The position numbers were made by a program, and so were the translations under genes. The notes below the pieces were generated by a model. The model worked only from the letters and a program-made list of their open reading frames with translations, was not told the DNA's origin and did no database searches. A DNA stretch of 62,809 nt, counting the filler, from Folioceros fuciformis (Eukaryota): assembly GCA_049999805.1 (NCBI GenBank). It is 10 parts of 10 records of this genome, joined end to end, with 100 filler letters (N's around TTAATTAATTAA, not from the genome) between each part and the next. Parts side by side here need not be neighbours in the genome. Positions count along the whole stretch, not along the records: positions 1 to 6,461 come from JBNGIO010005232.1; positions 6,562 to 10,958 come from JBNGIO010005233.1; positions 11,059 to 17,964 come from JBNGIO010005235.1; 7 more parts are not named here. One strand, written 5' to 3'. This document shows, piece by piece, positions 1 to 13,731 of this stretch. Numbering within the stretch: the first letter of the stretch is position 1; each line of letters opens with the position of its first letter.

Positions 1-92
1 TGGGCTTGGGCTTGGGCTTGGGCTTGGGCTTGGGCTTGGGCTTGGGCCTGGGCTGGGGCTTGGGCCTGGGCCTGGGCCTGGGCATGGGCCTG
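1..92. repeat. (TGGGCT/TGGGCC)n hexamer microsatellite
   Basis: About 15 near-perfect 6-bp units at the window start. Confidence 0.9.
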
Positions 93-3000
93 GGACTCCT
101 GGGAGGCTGGGAGTCATGGGACCCGAAGGAAGTGGGAGTTGGAACTTGAATCCGGAACCATGCAATAAGACAGGAATCTGGGAGTACAGTATGTACTTCG
201 TCAACCCGCCGGCCATGTGACGGTGGTGCTGGGCACATTCGATAAAGCAACGTACCGTATGGGAAGGGACATCGGATCATGGGTTTGCTTAGAGGCAGCA
301 ACTGCAGCAGTGGGGCTGTGGTTGGATCATCAGGTGACTTGCACTTGCCTACATACTTGCCGTGATCACTCCCCGCCGTGAGGCCCACGGTATCCCAGGC
401 CAAGGTCGCAGGAATTTCCTTTTTTGCTGCATGCACTATCGACAAGCTCCACTAATGGAGGCATGAGCGCCCGGCAGCAGGAAGGAAGGGTGGCAAGCCG
501 GCGGGCAATGGGCTTCCAGAGAGAGAGATCCAAACATATTGTATTGTATGTAGTTTTATCACGGCACAGTCGCACACCCAAGCCGGTGGATGATGGAAAG
601 CCAACAACCCGATGCCGGGCCCGGTACTATTTGGCCGACAATCAATGTACAGGGCTCGTCCAAGGACGCAGTTTATGGTATCTAATGGAGTCAGTGACGC
701 AGTACGAGCACACGCGCCCTGGGAANNNNNNNNNNNNNNNNNNNNNNNNNNNNNNNNNNNNNNNNNNNNNNNNNNNNNNNNNNNNNNNNNNNNNNNNNNN
801 NNNNNNNNNNNNNNNNNNNNNNNNNCAGGGTCAGAGCCAGAGCCGGCTCGGCTCGCCTCGGCTACCTCCCCCCTCGGTCCTCGGCGGCAATGACACACAC
901 TCGAGGCGCAACCAAACAGTTGCGTTGTGTTGTGTTGTGCAATGTAGTGTAGTTTTGTGTGTACCATCCGCAGAGTGCATGCAGCATGCAGCAATTCTCG
1001 TTGGGAGGAGGATAGCGCCATGGCTTTGCAAATCTGGAGCCGGTTCCAGCCCCGGGCCGGCCCTGGCCCATAGATAGCCGGGAAGCCGGGCTGGGTTGTT
1101 GGCTGGACCAACTGTGGATGCCCCTCCCTCCCTCCTGCCGGGCCGGCCTGACCCTGTGGCCCCTGTGTGCAGCAGCAGTGCTGTGCTGTGATGCTGTGAT
1201 GTGCTGTGCTGTGCGGTGTGTCTGTCGGTGCCGCCTGTTCCGTTCCCACGTTCGCTTTGGCCGCATCCTGGAGGCTGGCTGTGGGTGACGACGGAATGCA
1301 ACAGGCAGTACGACACGGGAGTGCGCGCCGGGCACGAGCCAAGATACCGTATCCTTCTGCCCGGCCGTCGACGTCGCCGCTGCTCCGTCCCGATCCGCTA
1401 CCGGTCCCCGGGCCGTGTGGGCCAGCCATAGCCCCCCCCACCGCCGGAAGCCCGCGGCGGTGGAAGCTTCCCTACCAGTCCCGGCACCGTGCTCTGGTGG
1501 GCAGTGCTCCACGGCGCCCCAGCTGTCCCTTCCTCCTCTCCTCGTTTCACCCCGTCCAACTTATTTATCATTCTGTCGGAAGCAGGGCTGGCTTTGTCAA
1601 TCATTGATATTTTCTTCCTCATCTCTGGCCCGCTATTGGAGCTTCCTCTTTTTGGGCCGATAGACCCTCCCTCTCTCCCGAGTCCCCGTCCGCGTCCGCG
1701 TCCCCGTCCCGTCCCCGTCTCGCCTTGCCAGCACACACACACGGATACCGGATACCGGATGCCGGATGCCGTGATAGGGCAGCTAAATCCATCCTTCCCA
1801 TACTACGCCCCTTGCCTAGGCCACGCTGTGCGGTATGGTATGTCTGTACATACAGTACAGTACAGTACAGTACACACAGTTAGGTCATTTATGGGGAGTG
1901 GAGGAGTGGAGGAGTGGCCAAGTCTTTTCGATTGTGCCCTTGAGGTGCAAAAGTGGACAAGTGCTGGAAAGTGCCATACTTTCCCCGATAACTTCGGTCG
2001 GGGCCTCATCTCGACTCGATCCGACTCTCCTCGACACTCGTATCTCCAATTTCTGCCTGGTCGCGCAAGCAGTAACCAGTAATAATGGCAAACTACCTGC
2101 CCACCGCCCTTTCTGCAGCCATATCCATGTATGTAAGTTACCCCAAATTATATGAATTCCTGGTGGACCACAAAAACCTGCTTTTAAAATTATACACCGT
2201 TCCAATTTTCTTCCACAGGCCATTAAGTACACCTTGCAGCCATAATTCCACACGCCTCCTCATGGCACAACCATAAAACAATTTACAGACTTTTAAATTT
2301 CATGTACTCCGGTGGTTCTGCCGTCCTGTTCAAGGTTTCATCATGTAGCCATGACTCGGCCACAATCTGGGCTATAAAGTAATATTCTAGTAAAATATCG
2401 ATTATTTTATATCATTTTTATTCATATTTTAAAATTTGATGATTTTTCATTTTATACTAATAATATTTAACCTTTAAATATATATTAATAATTCATATTT
2501 TTTTCATATATGAATTTATTATGAAAAAAATTATCTTCTTGATCTGGCTTAAAAATATTGCACCATAAAAGCCCTAGAAGAAACTATATTCTAAATTGAG
2601 TGATGCACATCTATATTGCAAGTTTTAGATTCCTCTTGTATATATATGGTGATTATGGTGAGTCTAACTTTTTTGTAAGTATAGCGCTGTTCCAACAAGT
2701 TTCTTTGCTTACTAAAGGGTGGTGAGTATGGAAGACCGATGGATAGGGATCACAAACTCATGTTTTTTTTTGTTGGAATGCGTATTTTATACGCAAATAT
2801 TCCATGGCATCTAAGAATATTCCTATGTATACAATATATAGCAAAATTTTTTAAATATCTCTAACCTCTTTGTAAACCGAAAAGAACATACTAGTTTTCT
2901 TAAGTTTCTAGCACAGCATTTCATGACAATCGGGAGCTCTCCTGATTCTCTTCCTATCCTTGCTATGCATGCTACTAGTGCATAGCACTAGTAGCGGGTG

Positions 3001-4340
3001 AACTAGATGTCCGAGTGCTTGGAAACAGGCACAGCGCTAGTAGCGGGTGAATTTGATGTCCGGGTGCTTGGAAATAGGCTGACACCGAAGTGTGGTTCTA
3101 GAATCACGAGGGGAGTGAAGACCAGACCACCCGACATGAATTCTGTCCCAACCGGCTGGTTTCTTCCGAGCATTTGCAAGGTGATGATTTTAGCATCCGA
3201 CACACTCTAGCTGGACGCAAGAGCAAGTGTGGCACCAGGCAGCTTGGAATCCACCCCCGCCGGCTTACACTTGTCGTCAAACTAGAGAACTTGCTTAGAC
3301 TTCCTGGTTCGGGCCTCCTGAGATTGACTGCGATCTTGGAGCAATGCAGAGTCTGACGCAAACTTCTCCCACAAGAATTGCTGGTCGATGAAAGACCCGA
3401 TACTAGCCAAAACTCCGGTTGCACGAGTTGGCTCTATAGCCAAATTGCTGCACCTAGCGGCTTTGTTGTGTGCCAACATCTGCTTCCGTGAAGTCAGCTG
3501 GGCGAGAGGCCTCCCTAGCAAGCCTGTCACCCTCCACACAGCCATGGCTCTTGCACAAACCTACGGATGCTGTGTCCCCCCACTTGCCCTAGAGCTTGTT
3601 CTAGAGCTGCACCTGGCCAGGACCCATCCCGATCGAGGCACAAATGTTATGTCCCTTATCTTTGCACCGTATACCACCACTCTAAATTTTTTATGAAAGA
3701 ACCCTCCGATATTCCATAGATGAGTCTAATGACTAAAGCAATGTCCAAGATAGCCATGACTGCACACAATACTTACTAGCACTAGTTACCAGTCATACCT
3801 TGGCCGTTCCCCATTCTAGACACGATATTCTTGGGGCAATTGGTAATTCCAAAACTATATCTGATGGTGGCTAGTTCTGCCAAGTTTAATGATGGCTTTG
3901 GTAAAATTGTGCTTCCTCTTTTTTTTTTTTTTTTTTTGAGTGGATGGTATAATCAATCTTTTCTTGTTAATAAAGTTGTTGGTAGTATGAGCATAATGAA
4001 TTTGTGTTTAGGGTTCAAAAAAGAAAATTCATATATTTTTTAATCTGGCTTATTGATTTGATTTTATGTTTTTCTTCTTCAATATTTAGTAAGAAGTAAA
4101 CTTTTGAAACATTTTTTATTTAACCTCTTGGTTGGCAGAAATAGAAATATGAATTACAAACACAACTTTGGGCCACAATGTTATGTATATTTAGTGTGAT
4201 TTGTGACTTGATTTGAACTTGTATACAGATTTCAATTTAATGAACCATACATTCAAACAAGACTGTTTTACATGTTGTCAATGTGATGGTCATCCAAAAT
4301 TGAAAATGGCTTAAGCGAAGAAGAATAGATCATTGTAAAT

Positions 4341-4445
4341 AAATTTGTGGGTCACTTACAATTATGAGTATGAAATTTCGTGACACACGGATATAAATAA
4401 AATTGTGGGTCACTTACAATTATGAGCTTGAAATTTGGCGACACA
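4341..4445. repeat. Tandem duplication, about 57-bp period
   Basis: ttgtgggtcacttacaattatgag..tgaaattt occurs twice in tandem. Confidence 0.75.
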
Positions 4446-6461
4446 AGGATATGAACTGGGTTGAAAACATGAATTGAGTTAGAGAAGGCCTTTAGAGTCA
4501 GAAGATTTTGTCTTTGTCTTGTCATAGGGATTGTGATTCCTGTACATATGTTGACAATGAGAGAAATAAGTGAACTAATTAATTCTTTTGAAAAAAAATG
4601 AACGACAGCTAGTGCTAAAAAAACACAAGCTAATCTAACAAAATGGAGAAGTTCTTCACGTATTAAGCACCTTGTTAATGAATATATATATATATATATT
4701 AAAAATAATAATATATTATATAAAATACAAAATTCATTTAACAAGTTAAATAATAATTTCTGTCGAAAAAATGTATAATTGATGAACTCAGGCATGAGGT
4801 AAGGAAAAATAAGGAAAGGAGTAGGAGAGAGGAATCACGCAACAATTTGGAAAAGAAGTTTTATTATTTTGCTGTAAGTTATTATTATATGTATATGTTT
4901 TTTTTGGCTGGGAGGAAAGGAAAGTTTAATTTAAGAGATAGATACTTTGTATGGGTATGTATGCCATGTGGTGACATGGAAAAATAATAGAATGGTAAGA
5001 AGAGTGCGGTGTGCATGGGGTGTGTGGGTGGGCGCGTCCGTCCAAGCTCCTTTTTTAGTGTAGTGTAAGTTAGTACATATACAGAGATAGATACGGTAGA
5101 GAGAGCGAGGAGGCGGGTGGTCCGGTCCGGTCCGGTCCGGTGTCTCGAGTCCCGAAGCTTGGACAGGTGGGGGCTGGGCCCAGGCTGGGCCGGGAGAAGT
5201 AAGCGTGTGGGACAAAGTGGAGAGCGAGCGTTTGGGAGTGGGTGATAAAATTAGCATGGGCGGGCGAGGCGAGGGGGATTGGCCATTGGCCGGACGCCGG
5301 ACCCGGGACGCGGGACGCGGGACGCGGGTAAGGTGAGGTGAGCCACCGCCTGCCCGCTATCTATTGGGCGCAATGCAGTGCAGTGCAGTGCAGTGCAATG
5401 CAATGCAGTGCAGTGCACAGCAGACCAGACACCAGAAACCAAACACCAGACACCAGAGTGCAGAGTGCAGAGAAGAGAGCAAAATTTGGAATGCAAAATC
5501 TAGTGCGATCTGCGGTCCGATGCGATGGGATGCGGTGACGTGCGCCAGGTCAGGAGGGCGAGGCATGGGCACGGCATGCCTGCGACTGGCATCGCATGTC
5601 CTCTCTGATTGGGCTTTGCGCACAGACACCCAACACACAAAGACGAAGCTCGTAGCTCGTAGTAGCACAGTTGCTGTGTGCTGTGTAGGGTAGGGTAGGG
5701 GCGGTGGGGAGTCCAGTTTGTTTCTATAATTAGGGCGCGGGGCTGGGGCTTCGGGGGGCACGTCCAGGGCTTGTGTGCGTAGCGTAGCATTATGATGGCG
5801 GCAGCACCACTCCCACATGCAAGGCAATCATGAAGAGCAGCTTGAGCTGTTTCTGTTGCTGTTTATGCTGTTTATGTGTGTGCGGGGCGCATGTCCGGCA
5901 TTAGGGTTTACTCTGCATATGAATGACCGACTGTGGAACGACACAGTGGGTCAGGTCACGGTGAGCCAAGAGAGAGAGGGACAGCAGCTCCGGCTCCGCC
6001 TCCGGCTTGGGCTGCGGAATCGGATGCAAGGAATGGCATTACATCTATGTATGTACATGGTGGGGCTTTAGGGTTTTTCTTGCCTAATGCACGCAAGAGG
6101 TGAATGGGACTGTTGTATGGCGTAAGCCATATATTATTATAACATGGCGGACCCGCCCTTGTCCCGGCGCTGCCCTGCCACCGCCACCGCCACCGTGCCG
6201 ATGCCGCTGCCGCTGCCGCTGCCGGTGCAGTGCATTGAATGGGCGGTGCCCAAGGGAGAAGAGACGCCCCAAATGCAGACAGGATTGCGGTGTGGCCAGT
6301 TGATGGCCGTCCGATGGGCTCCCCCGCAGTGCGCGTTGGCCACTTGTGCGTCGTCCGATGCTCTGCGTCGCTCGCCAATGGCACCACTCCACTCCGCTGC
6401 TGTCCACTCGGGAATAGCAAACACCCCCGCCTCTTACCAAATGGCCCATATTATTATAGGC

Positions 6462-6561
6462 NNNNNNNNNNNNNNNNNNNNNNNNNNNNNNNNNNNNNNN
6501 NNNNNTTAATTAATTAANNNNNNNNNNNNNNNNNNNNNNNNNNNNNNNNNNNNNNNNNNNN
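6462..6561. other. Assembly gap with artificial TTAATTAATTAA linker (also at about 11003, 18009, 24312, 37409, 45781, 54457, 58378, 60977)
   Basis: An identical 12-mer with stops in all six frames is centred in 100-nt N runs. Confidence 0.97.
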
Positions 6562-6687
6562 ACCCGACAGTTATTTACAGTTTAGGTTTTAGTTTATGAA
6601 ACCTTTAGAAATCTCATTGTTATTAATTCTAGATATTCACTTTCCTAATTCACTTCTCTATACTATGCTGCAGCTAGGCTACAAACA

Positions 6688-9600
6688 TCACACTTTTCTA
6701 CTCCCACTTAGACTAGCTTGCTGCATATCAACTTTCACTCCACTTGGGTCTTGTTCTTCGAATGCTGTAACACCTAACGCTTTAGTGTGTTTCCAGTGTG
6801 CCTCCTTGGAAAGTGACTTTGTCAATTGATCTGCCATATTATCACTCAAGCTAATATACTTCAGCTCAAGCACAACATCTTCTATTGCCTTACGAATAAA
6901 GTGTTGTTTAACATCAATATGTCTTGTTCTTGAGTGAGCCACAGGATTCTTAGCTATGGCTATTGCGGATTGCTTATCACACTATTGCGGATTGATTATC
7001 ACACCAGATACATGAAGGTAATTTCTGGTCATGTCCAAGTGTTTCTAGCAATGACCTCATATGCATCAACTCTTGAGCTGCATATGTGACTTCCGAATAC
7101 TCTACCTCTGTCCACGACAGAGCAACGACAGATTGCTTCTTCGATGACCAACTTACCAAATTTCCACTTAACTTCAGACAAAAGTCAAAGACTCATCTCC
7201 TAGTATCCTTGTCTGACGCCCAATCTGAATCTGCATAGCACGTAAGCTCAACTCCAGTCTCAGCTTGTCTCTTATAGTGTATCCCATGACTTGCTGTGCC
7301 TTTAAGGTAGCGTAAAATCCTTTGAGCTGCTGACCAGTGTTGCTGGCTAGGGTTAGAAAGAAATTGTGATACGACTGAAGTTGCACATGCTATGTTTGGC
7401 CTCGTCCATGAGCTTAACCACAGCAAACATCCTACAAGCATCCTTTAAGGAACATTGACCATCTCATCTATCTCTGCCTAGCTGTTAGGGCACTGATCTT
7501 GTGTAAGGATAACTCCCACTGCAATCGGCGTTGCTACAGGCTTAGCATCTCTCATGTTAAATTTATCCAAAAGCCTCTCCACATAGTGCCTTTGATGTAA
7601 CACAATGTCACCAGATTGCTTGTTATTTAAAACCTGCACTCCTAAGAAGAAACTGCACTGTCCAATATCAGACATTTTAAATTAAGACGACAGAATCTGC
7701 TTTACCTCATCCACGATTTGCATAGAAGAACCTATGATGAGAGTGTCATCAACGTAGACCGCTAGGTAGGCTAATTCACTGCCCTTTGTGTAGACGTATA
7801 CACTCCCATCAGTTGCTGATTGCTTGAAGCCATGCTGCAAAAGAAACTTGTTCAAACGTCGATTCCACCCCCTTGGGGCTTGCTTCAAGCCATACGGAGT
7901 CTTCTTCAATCTGCAAACTTAGTTTGGATATTTTCGGCTGACGAATCCTTCTGGCTAGTGCATGAAAACTGTCTCCTCAAGCACTCCATTTAAAAACGCT
8001 GTTTGAATGTCCATCTAGTGGACATGAAATCCCTTCAACGCAGCAATGGCCAACAGGGTTCTAACAGAAGAAGAGCGAACTACAGGCGAGAAAATCTCAT
8101 TATAATCTATGCCCTCACGCTGAGAAAAATCACGCACCACAAGTCTGGCCTTAAACCGAGATATGGTACCATCAGGATTGAGCTTTCGTTTGAAATCCCA
8201 ACGATTTGTGACTGGTGTTCTTCCATGTGGCAACTCTTCTAGCACCCAGGTATCATTCTCGATCAGTGAATTATACTCTGATCTTATGGCCTCAAGCCAC
8301 TTGTCCTTGTCCTTTGATGATATTGCCTCTTGATACGTTTGTGGTTCTCCTAGATCTGAGGCTGCTAGATATACCTGAGATATCATAGCTAAACGAGGCA
8401 GTTGCCCTTCCATGGCATAAGGAACTTCATTCCACTCAAGAGGAGACGAAGTGTGCTTGCGAGTTGATCTACGTGGGTGAACAACGTCCTCTTATGATGT
8501 TTGTTGAGGTAGCTGGCTCACACTCACATTCAAATCAGCTTCATCATCAAAATCATGAGCTCCCACTTGCTCAGAACTGTCACTCACATCTTCTGGTTCA
8601 ACGTCATGGAAAAACGACACCTCCAACCACTCTAAGTTAGCTTCTTTTTGTTGTTCAGGTTGATGTAAAGAGAAATGATCTGGTTGGTCAGTTGGTACGT
8701 GAATCTGTTGTCCAGGCATGCCATGAGAAGCTTCATATTCTTCTGAGTCCAGAAAATCATCAACAATTAATTCACTTTCTTGATACTTGAGAGGAGAAGC
8801 TGCCAAAGTTGATCTTTCATTGAATTTGCCAAATCGAGCATGTGTGACTCTGCTTGTTCCTGGATCATAGGCTTTATATCCCTTAATACCTTCTGAGTAT
8901 CCAACAAAAAGCATTTGCTTGGCCTTGAAGTCGAGCCTTGTCCTGACTTCCTTAGGTATGTGTACAAAGACCTTACATCCGAAGATCTTAAAATGAGAAA
9001 TAGCTAGCTTCCTACCTATCTAGCGTTCAAACGGTGTGGAGTCCTTGAAAGCTGTCGTGGGAAGTCGATTTTGCACATAAGTAGCAGTGTGAACTGCCTC
9101 TGCCCAATACCTCCTTGATAGTCCTGACTGGTACAGCATGGCTTTTGCAGCTTCTTGCAGATAGCGGTTCTTAGATTTTGCAAGTGGATTTTGGCTGGAT
9201 GTGTATGGGACAGTGATCTGTCTTCCTATGCCAAGTGATCTGCAAAAGTCTTGGAAATCACCACTATTGAACTCTCCTCCTCCATCACTTCGAAGAACTT
9301 TAACTTTATTCCCAGTCTATCTTTGTGAATAATTCACATAATCCACAAATCGATCAAGTGCCTCTGATTTTTGACGTAGGAAATATGTCATAGTAAAACG
9401 GCTGTAATCATCCACCAGCACCATAAAGGAGGAGGCTCCTCCAAGAGATTTGACAGACATAGGTCCGCATAGGTCGGTATGTACGACAACAAGAGTTTCT
9501 GTGGCCCTATTTTGCTCATGAGGTTTCTTGGCATTTTGTTTTGGAACCTTAGCATGAATACAGGCATCACAAAATACATCTACTTCCTGGACTGTCCATG

Positions 9601-9865
9601 GAACCTTCTCTTGATACAGGTGTTCACCAACCATGTTCTTCATTTTATTATAGTTCGGGTGTCCCAAACGGCAATGCCAAAGTAGCTGATTATTGTCTTC
9701 ATCCAGACGCTTAGCTAAGTGTGCTTGAGTATGTGAGCTACTCGCACTTATCCCAACATGGGTGCAGCAATTGAGCCTATACAAGTCTGAATCCAAAACT
9801 CCTATGGCCAACTCGTTATGAGTCTTGCTATCAATCAATCTGCACTGATTTTCATCAAAGCTCAC
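6688..9865 (-). pseudogene. pol: Copia pol (GAG-pre-integrase, integrase, RT, RNase H) with stops and frameshifts
   Basis: LWHCRLGHP..CDAC; VHTDLCGPM; FVGYS; RFKARLVVRDFSQREGIDY; YGLKQAPRGW; YVDD; CYADSDWA; SWSSKKQSVVALS; HSRTRHIDVKQHFIR. Confidence 0.95.
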
Positions 9866-10056
9866 TTTCTAGGATGGCCCTAGCCTTCAAATCCTTCTTA
9901 TTCCAGGCTGTAATGTCTACTACCGCTGCGTTTTGTCCCGGGTGAGGAGCAGAGCCATCCACCACCTCCCATAGGTCTTCTATCATCAGAAGAGTCTTAA
10001 CCCTATGTGCCTAGACATCATAGTTGGACCCTGTGAATCGGTCCTTGTCCTTAAAA

Positions 10057-10680
10057 TCAAGCTTCATTGAAGTCGTCATGTTTGGTTGAATTCTCCGTTG
10101 ATGAGCAACTGACTGCGTGAGCCAAGTTGGCAGGTTGCCCGAAAACCGATCTCGTGATTTGACGGGGGTGGAGAACACGACCTTGACTGGGAACGAGGTT
10201 GCCCGGCTTCTCTCAATTTCTTTGTGGAGGTGGCTCTCTTAAGTAGCATATTGGACATGCCACCTTAACAGGCTCGAAAGCGTCCTCATGTTGTTCACGA
10301 CCTCTAACAGGAACTTGCGATTGAATCACATGCGTCGTGTCAAAAAGGACTTGTAGCCTTATGGATACTCCCTCCAGAATCTGCTCCAGAGAAGTGATAT
10401 GATCATGCAACCCCTTAATCAAAGAAGGCAAATGATCCAGTAAGCCTAAGTCCGATCGTTTGGTTAGGTATCCCGATTACTTACAACATGAACAATTGGA
10501 CGGTTGCCAAAAAAATCTTCTTGACGGTATAGCTGCAGAAGAAGGAGGGTGCGTTTTCTGGCAATCTCCGTGCCTAAGAGTTCGAGAAAACGCCTCTCCT
10601 ATGCTGGACAGAAAACTTGGCGAGAAATCTCTACTCTGCCAGCCTACAGAGCACCCTCTATCGCTGCCTCTGCGCGACAT
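10057..10680 (-). pseudogene. Extra ORF (about 207 codons, 2 internal stops) upstream of Copia gag
   Basis: ORF pieces 10477-10680 and 10213-10431 are in one frame, which runs to a TGA at 10057-10059. It starts MSRRGSDR, has a heptad-like segment (LPSLIKGLHDHITSLEQILEGVSIRLQVL) and overlaps the gag ATG at 10079 (MTTSMKLDFKDKDRFTGSNY). Confidence 0.55.
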
Positions 10681-10888
10681 GGCGCCTGCAATTCATGTGG
10701 ATAAAAACCGTAGACAGGAAGAAACCGAAACTTGCCGATGCTGCATACTAGAAATTGCAGGAGTCTGTGCGTGCAACGCTGCCGAAGCCATGGCACGAAT
10801 TCTGCAGGCGCCTAATCATAACACCCCGGAGAATCTAGCCGCGAGCATCCGGTAGTGATTCCATCTCATGCCGCGCTCAATCTGAATG

Positions 10889-10904
10889 CCTGTAGACGCC
10901 ACCA
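10889..10904 (-). promoter_or_regulatory. Primer-binding site for a non-Met tRNA (TGGTGGCGTCTACAGG)
   Basis: TGG-initiated sequence 2 nt inside the 5' LTR end (..TTCCCA AG TGGTGG..). Confidence 0.7.
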
Positions 10905-12985
10905 CTTGGGAACCCGACAGTTATTTACAGTTTAGGTTTTAGTTTATGAAACCTTTAGNNNNNNNNNNNNNNNNNNNNNNNNNNNNNNNNNNNNNNNNNN
11001 NNTTAATTAATTAANNNNNNNNNNNNNNNNNNNNNNNNNNNNNNNNNNNNNNNNNNNNCCCTGACTCCCCATCCTGACCGATCTGTGGCCTCAGATCCTC
11101 CGATCCATCGGGCGAGGGTTGCGAGGGATGCTCCTCAGGCAGCGCGGCCGATCCCATGGATGCGCAACAGACTCTGCCTCTCGAGCACCCCCGACCATCC
11201 AAAGCCACGCCAGCTGCAACACACGCTACACAGAGACAAGGCAAGAATGGCAGGCCCGGGCCCCTGCAATTTCGCCCAATCCGATCCGCCCAGGTCTTGA
11301 GCTCGATCACACACTTCCCTCCTTGTCCCTGCTCCTGCACCTGCTCCTCCCCCTCCTCAGTCCCAGCATCGGCCTCCTCCTTCCAGACGCGATTCCGTGG
11401 CCAGCGCAAGCACTCTCCCGCGTCCCTCTGCGGTCACTCGCCCTGGCCTTTGCATCCAGGCCTGCACCCAAGACCCCACACGCCCAGCCTCTCCTTCTGC
11501 GCCTTTCACACTAGCATCCACGTTTTTCCGTTCACCGACTGCCCGAACCTATCATAACCAAAAGCAATTATATTATAGCACCAACAACACCACCACACCT
11601 GTAGGTTCATATTGCCTTCCGTTTAGAGTTTAGGGTTCTATTAGACTCTACTTGCTCCCAAAGCCTCATCGTTTCCTTGCTCCATAGGCATACTGAGTGC
11701 GGGATGCTGCTGAACTTGTGTCCATTTGTGTTAAGCTATTTGGACACATCTAACATAGCTTACCAAATCAAGCCCAAGTGAGTTGAAGCAACAATTAGTG
11801 AGTTGATCTCCATATTATGTAGTAGACTTAATAAATCAGTGTAAATAAATATTCTCTTGCATGATATATTTTCAATAATAGTAATTGTGCATGCGGAGGG
11901 TGGAGTGGGTAAGCCTCATGGGCTGCGGCTCTCATGTCGTCTTGCGAGTGGTGAGAAACACAGAACATTCGTCTCGGTCGACGGCGTCTTCTTGGAAGCC
12001 TGCGACGTGTCAATGCGATTTTGCCAAGAAGGGGGGAACGACGTTGCGTCTTGCAATTGCTGCCGCACACAGGCAGCGGCATGGACGCTCCAATCAGTTG
12101 TTGGGAGACAGGCCCAGGGCGTGAAGGAGCCCGTGGCTTGGCCCAGCCAATTCGGCCTATTCGAACTGGAGTTTGACAGGTGGGGTCTCCAGTTTCGAAT
12201 GCACAACGCTAACCTACACCGGGAGCGCCTTGAGCTGGGCTCGAAAGAACCCGAACCCGGAGGGCCTGGCCTGGCCGGACCGGACAGTTCACACATGATC
12301 TGGGCCGCACCCCGGTCTTACCCCGACTATTTTCACCTACTTTGTACCGGTTGATATACTGGTTGTTTGGGTCTGTCCGTTGAAGCTCTACTGACTACGC
12401 CTACCCTGGTTTGAGAAATTCCGCGAGGCACACTTTATTCAGTGCTTTTCACAAACCCCACGAACCACCCCCTCGTGACGCGTTTGCGTCAACATATTTC
12501 GAAGGACGGGGTTCCGGTTGAGTCCGGGAGCAGTGGGTTGTGGATGGTGCCAGCAATAAGGTGGTTTTTTATATTTGAATTATAACTCCATCAAGTATGA
12601 AGTAATGTTTTAATTTATGGTGTGGTTATGACCATCACGAAATATGTAGAAAATTTATTTCAGTTTAAATAAGTGGATACTTACTAGTGCAAGAATGCTA
12701 ATATTTACTAATACAATAGTGTTAATATCATGGCATCAAGATTCTAAGGAGAATTGGTTCTTGAAGATGTTGTACAAGAACTTAATTTGTGCTTTGCCTT
12801 TGAGTTATTGGCCATACTTGCAATGTTGGATAACTTGAACTAATTGACAAGACAACTCTTGTATGGGGTACAAAAGGAGTTTGTAAGTTATTCTGTGCTT
12901 TGCATTATGGCCTTTGTACAACAAAGAAAAATGAGTGGAGATTTTTTTGGTTTCCAAAGAATTTCATTGTCAACTTTTCAAGGTC

Positions 12986-13731
12986 AGGCTAGTTGTAAAG
13001 GGATATGCACAACAATATGGTATTGAGGCTAGTTGTAAAGGGATATGCACAACAATATGGTATTGATTATGAGGAGACCTTTAGCCCTCTAGCTAAAATG
13101 GCTACTATGCTAACAATCATAGCATTAGTAACAGCTAAAGGATGGAAGCTATGGCAAATGGATGTCAAAATTGTATTTTTTAATGGTGAGTTGCATGAAG
13201 AAGTGTATGTGGAACAACCTGAAGGCTATATGCATCTGCAGTTTCCAACATATGTATGCAAATTAGAAAAGGCACTATGTGGATTGAAAGAGGCGCCTAG
13301 AGCATGGAATGTTCATATTGCTAACTATGTGAAGGACCTTGGTTTTGGGATTGCTGACGTAGATCCCAAGCTGTTTATCAAACATACTACAAAAGGAAAG
13401 GTACTTCTAGTTTTTTATGTTGATGAATTAATAGTTACAGGTGATTATCAAGATCGGATTGCTAATGTTAAAGCATATTTACAAAAAGGATTCAAAATGA
13501 AGGATTTGGGTAACCTCAAATACTTTCTAGGAATTGAGATTATATCTACACCTTAAGGAATCTAGTTCTTGCAAAAATAGTATGCTTACAATATGTTCCA
13601 GAAGTATGGCATGGTAAACTGTAAAGCTATAGATACACTATTAGAGCAAAACGTAAAATTGCAAATGAATGTTGAAACAGAATTAGAGGATGTTACCATG
13701 TATTGTCATATGGTGGGTAGTTTGATCTACT
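12986..13731 (+). pseudogene. Isolated Copia RT fragment
   Basis: RLVVKGYAQQYGIDYEETFSP, QMDVK, LCGLKEAPRAW, YVDE, MKDLGNLKYFLGIE. It begins with a 40-bp tandem duplication (12986-13065) and is closely related to the RT at 17118-17957. Confidence 0.93.

Larger units (their letters stand above)
6562..10958 (-). mobile_element. Ty1/Copia LTR retrotransposon, degenerate and internally deleted
   Basis: The same LTR sequence (acccgacagttatttacagtttaggttttagtttatgaaacctttag) lies at 6562 and 10912. A PBS is at about 10889-10904 and a polypurine tract (PPT, aagtgggag) at about 6701-6709. Domain order is gag remnant, integrase, RT, RNase H. Confidence 0.93.

Noticed and set aside
1003-1020. GGAGGATAGCGCC resembles the 3' end of miR390
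   Set aside because: There is no match to the 5' seed half, and no hairpin or second site.
452-1441. 329-aa and overlapping GC-rich ORFs
   Set aside because: They span an N gap, are low complexity, are open in many frames and show no recognisable domain.
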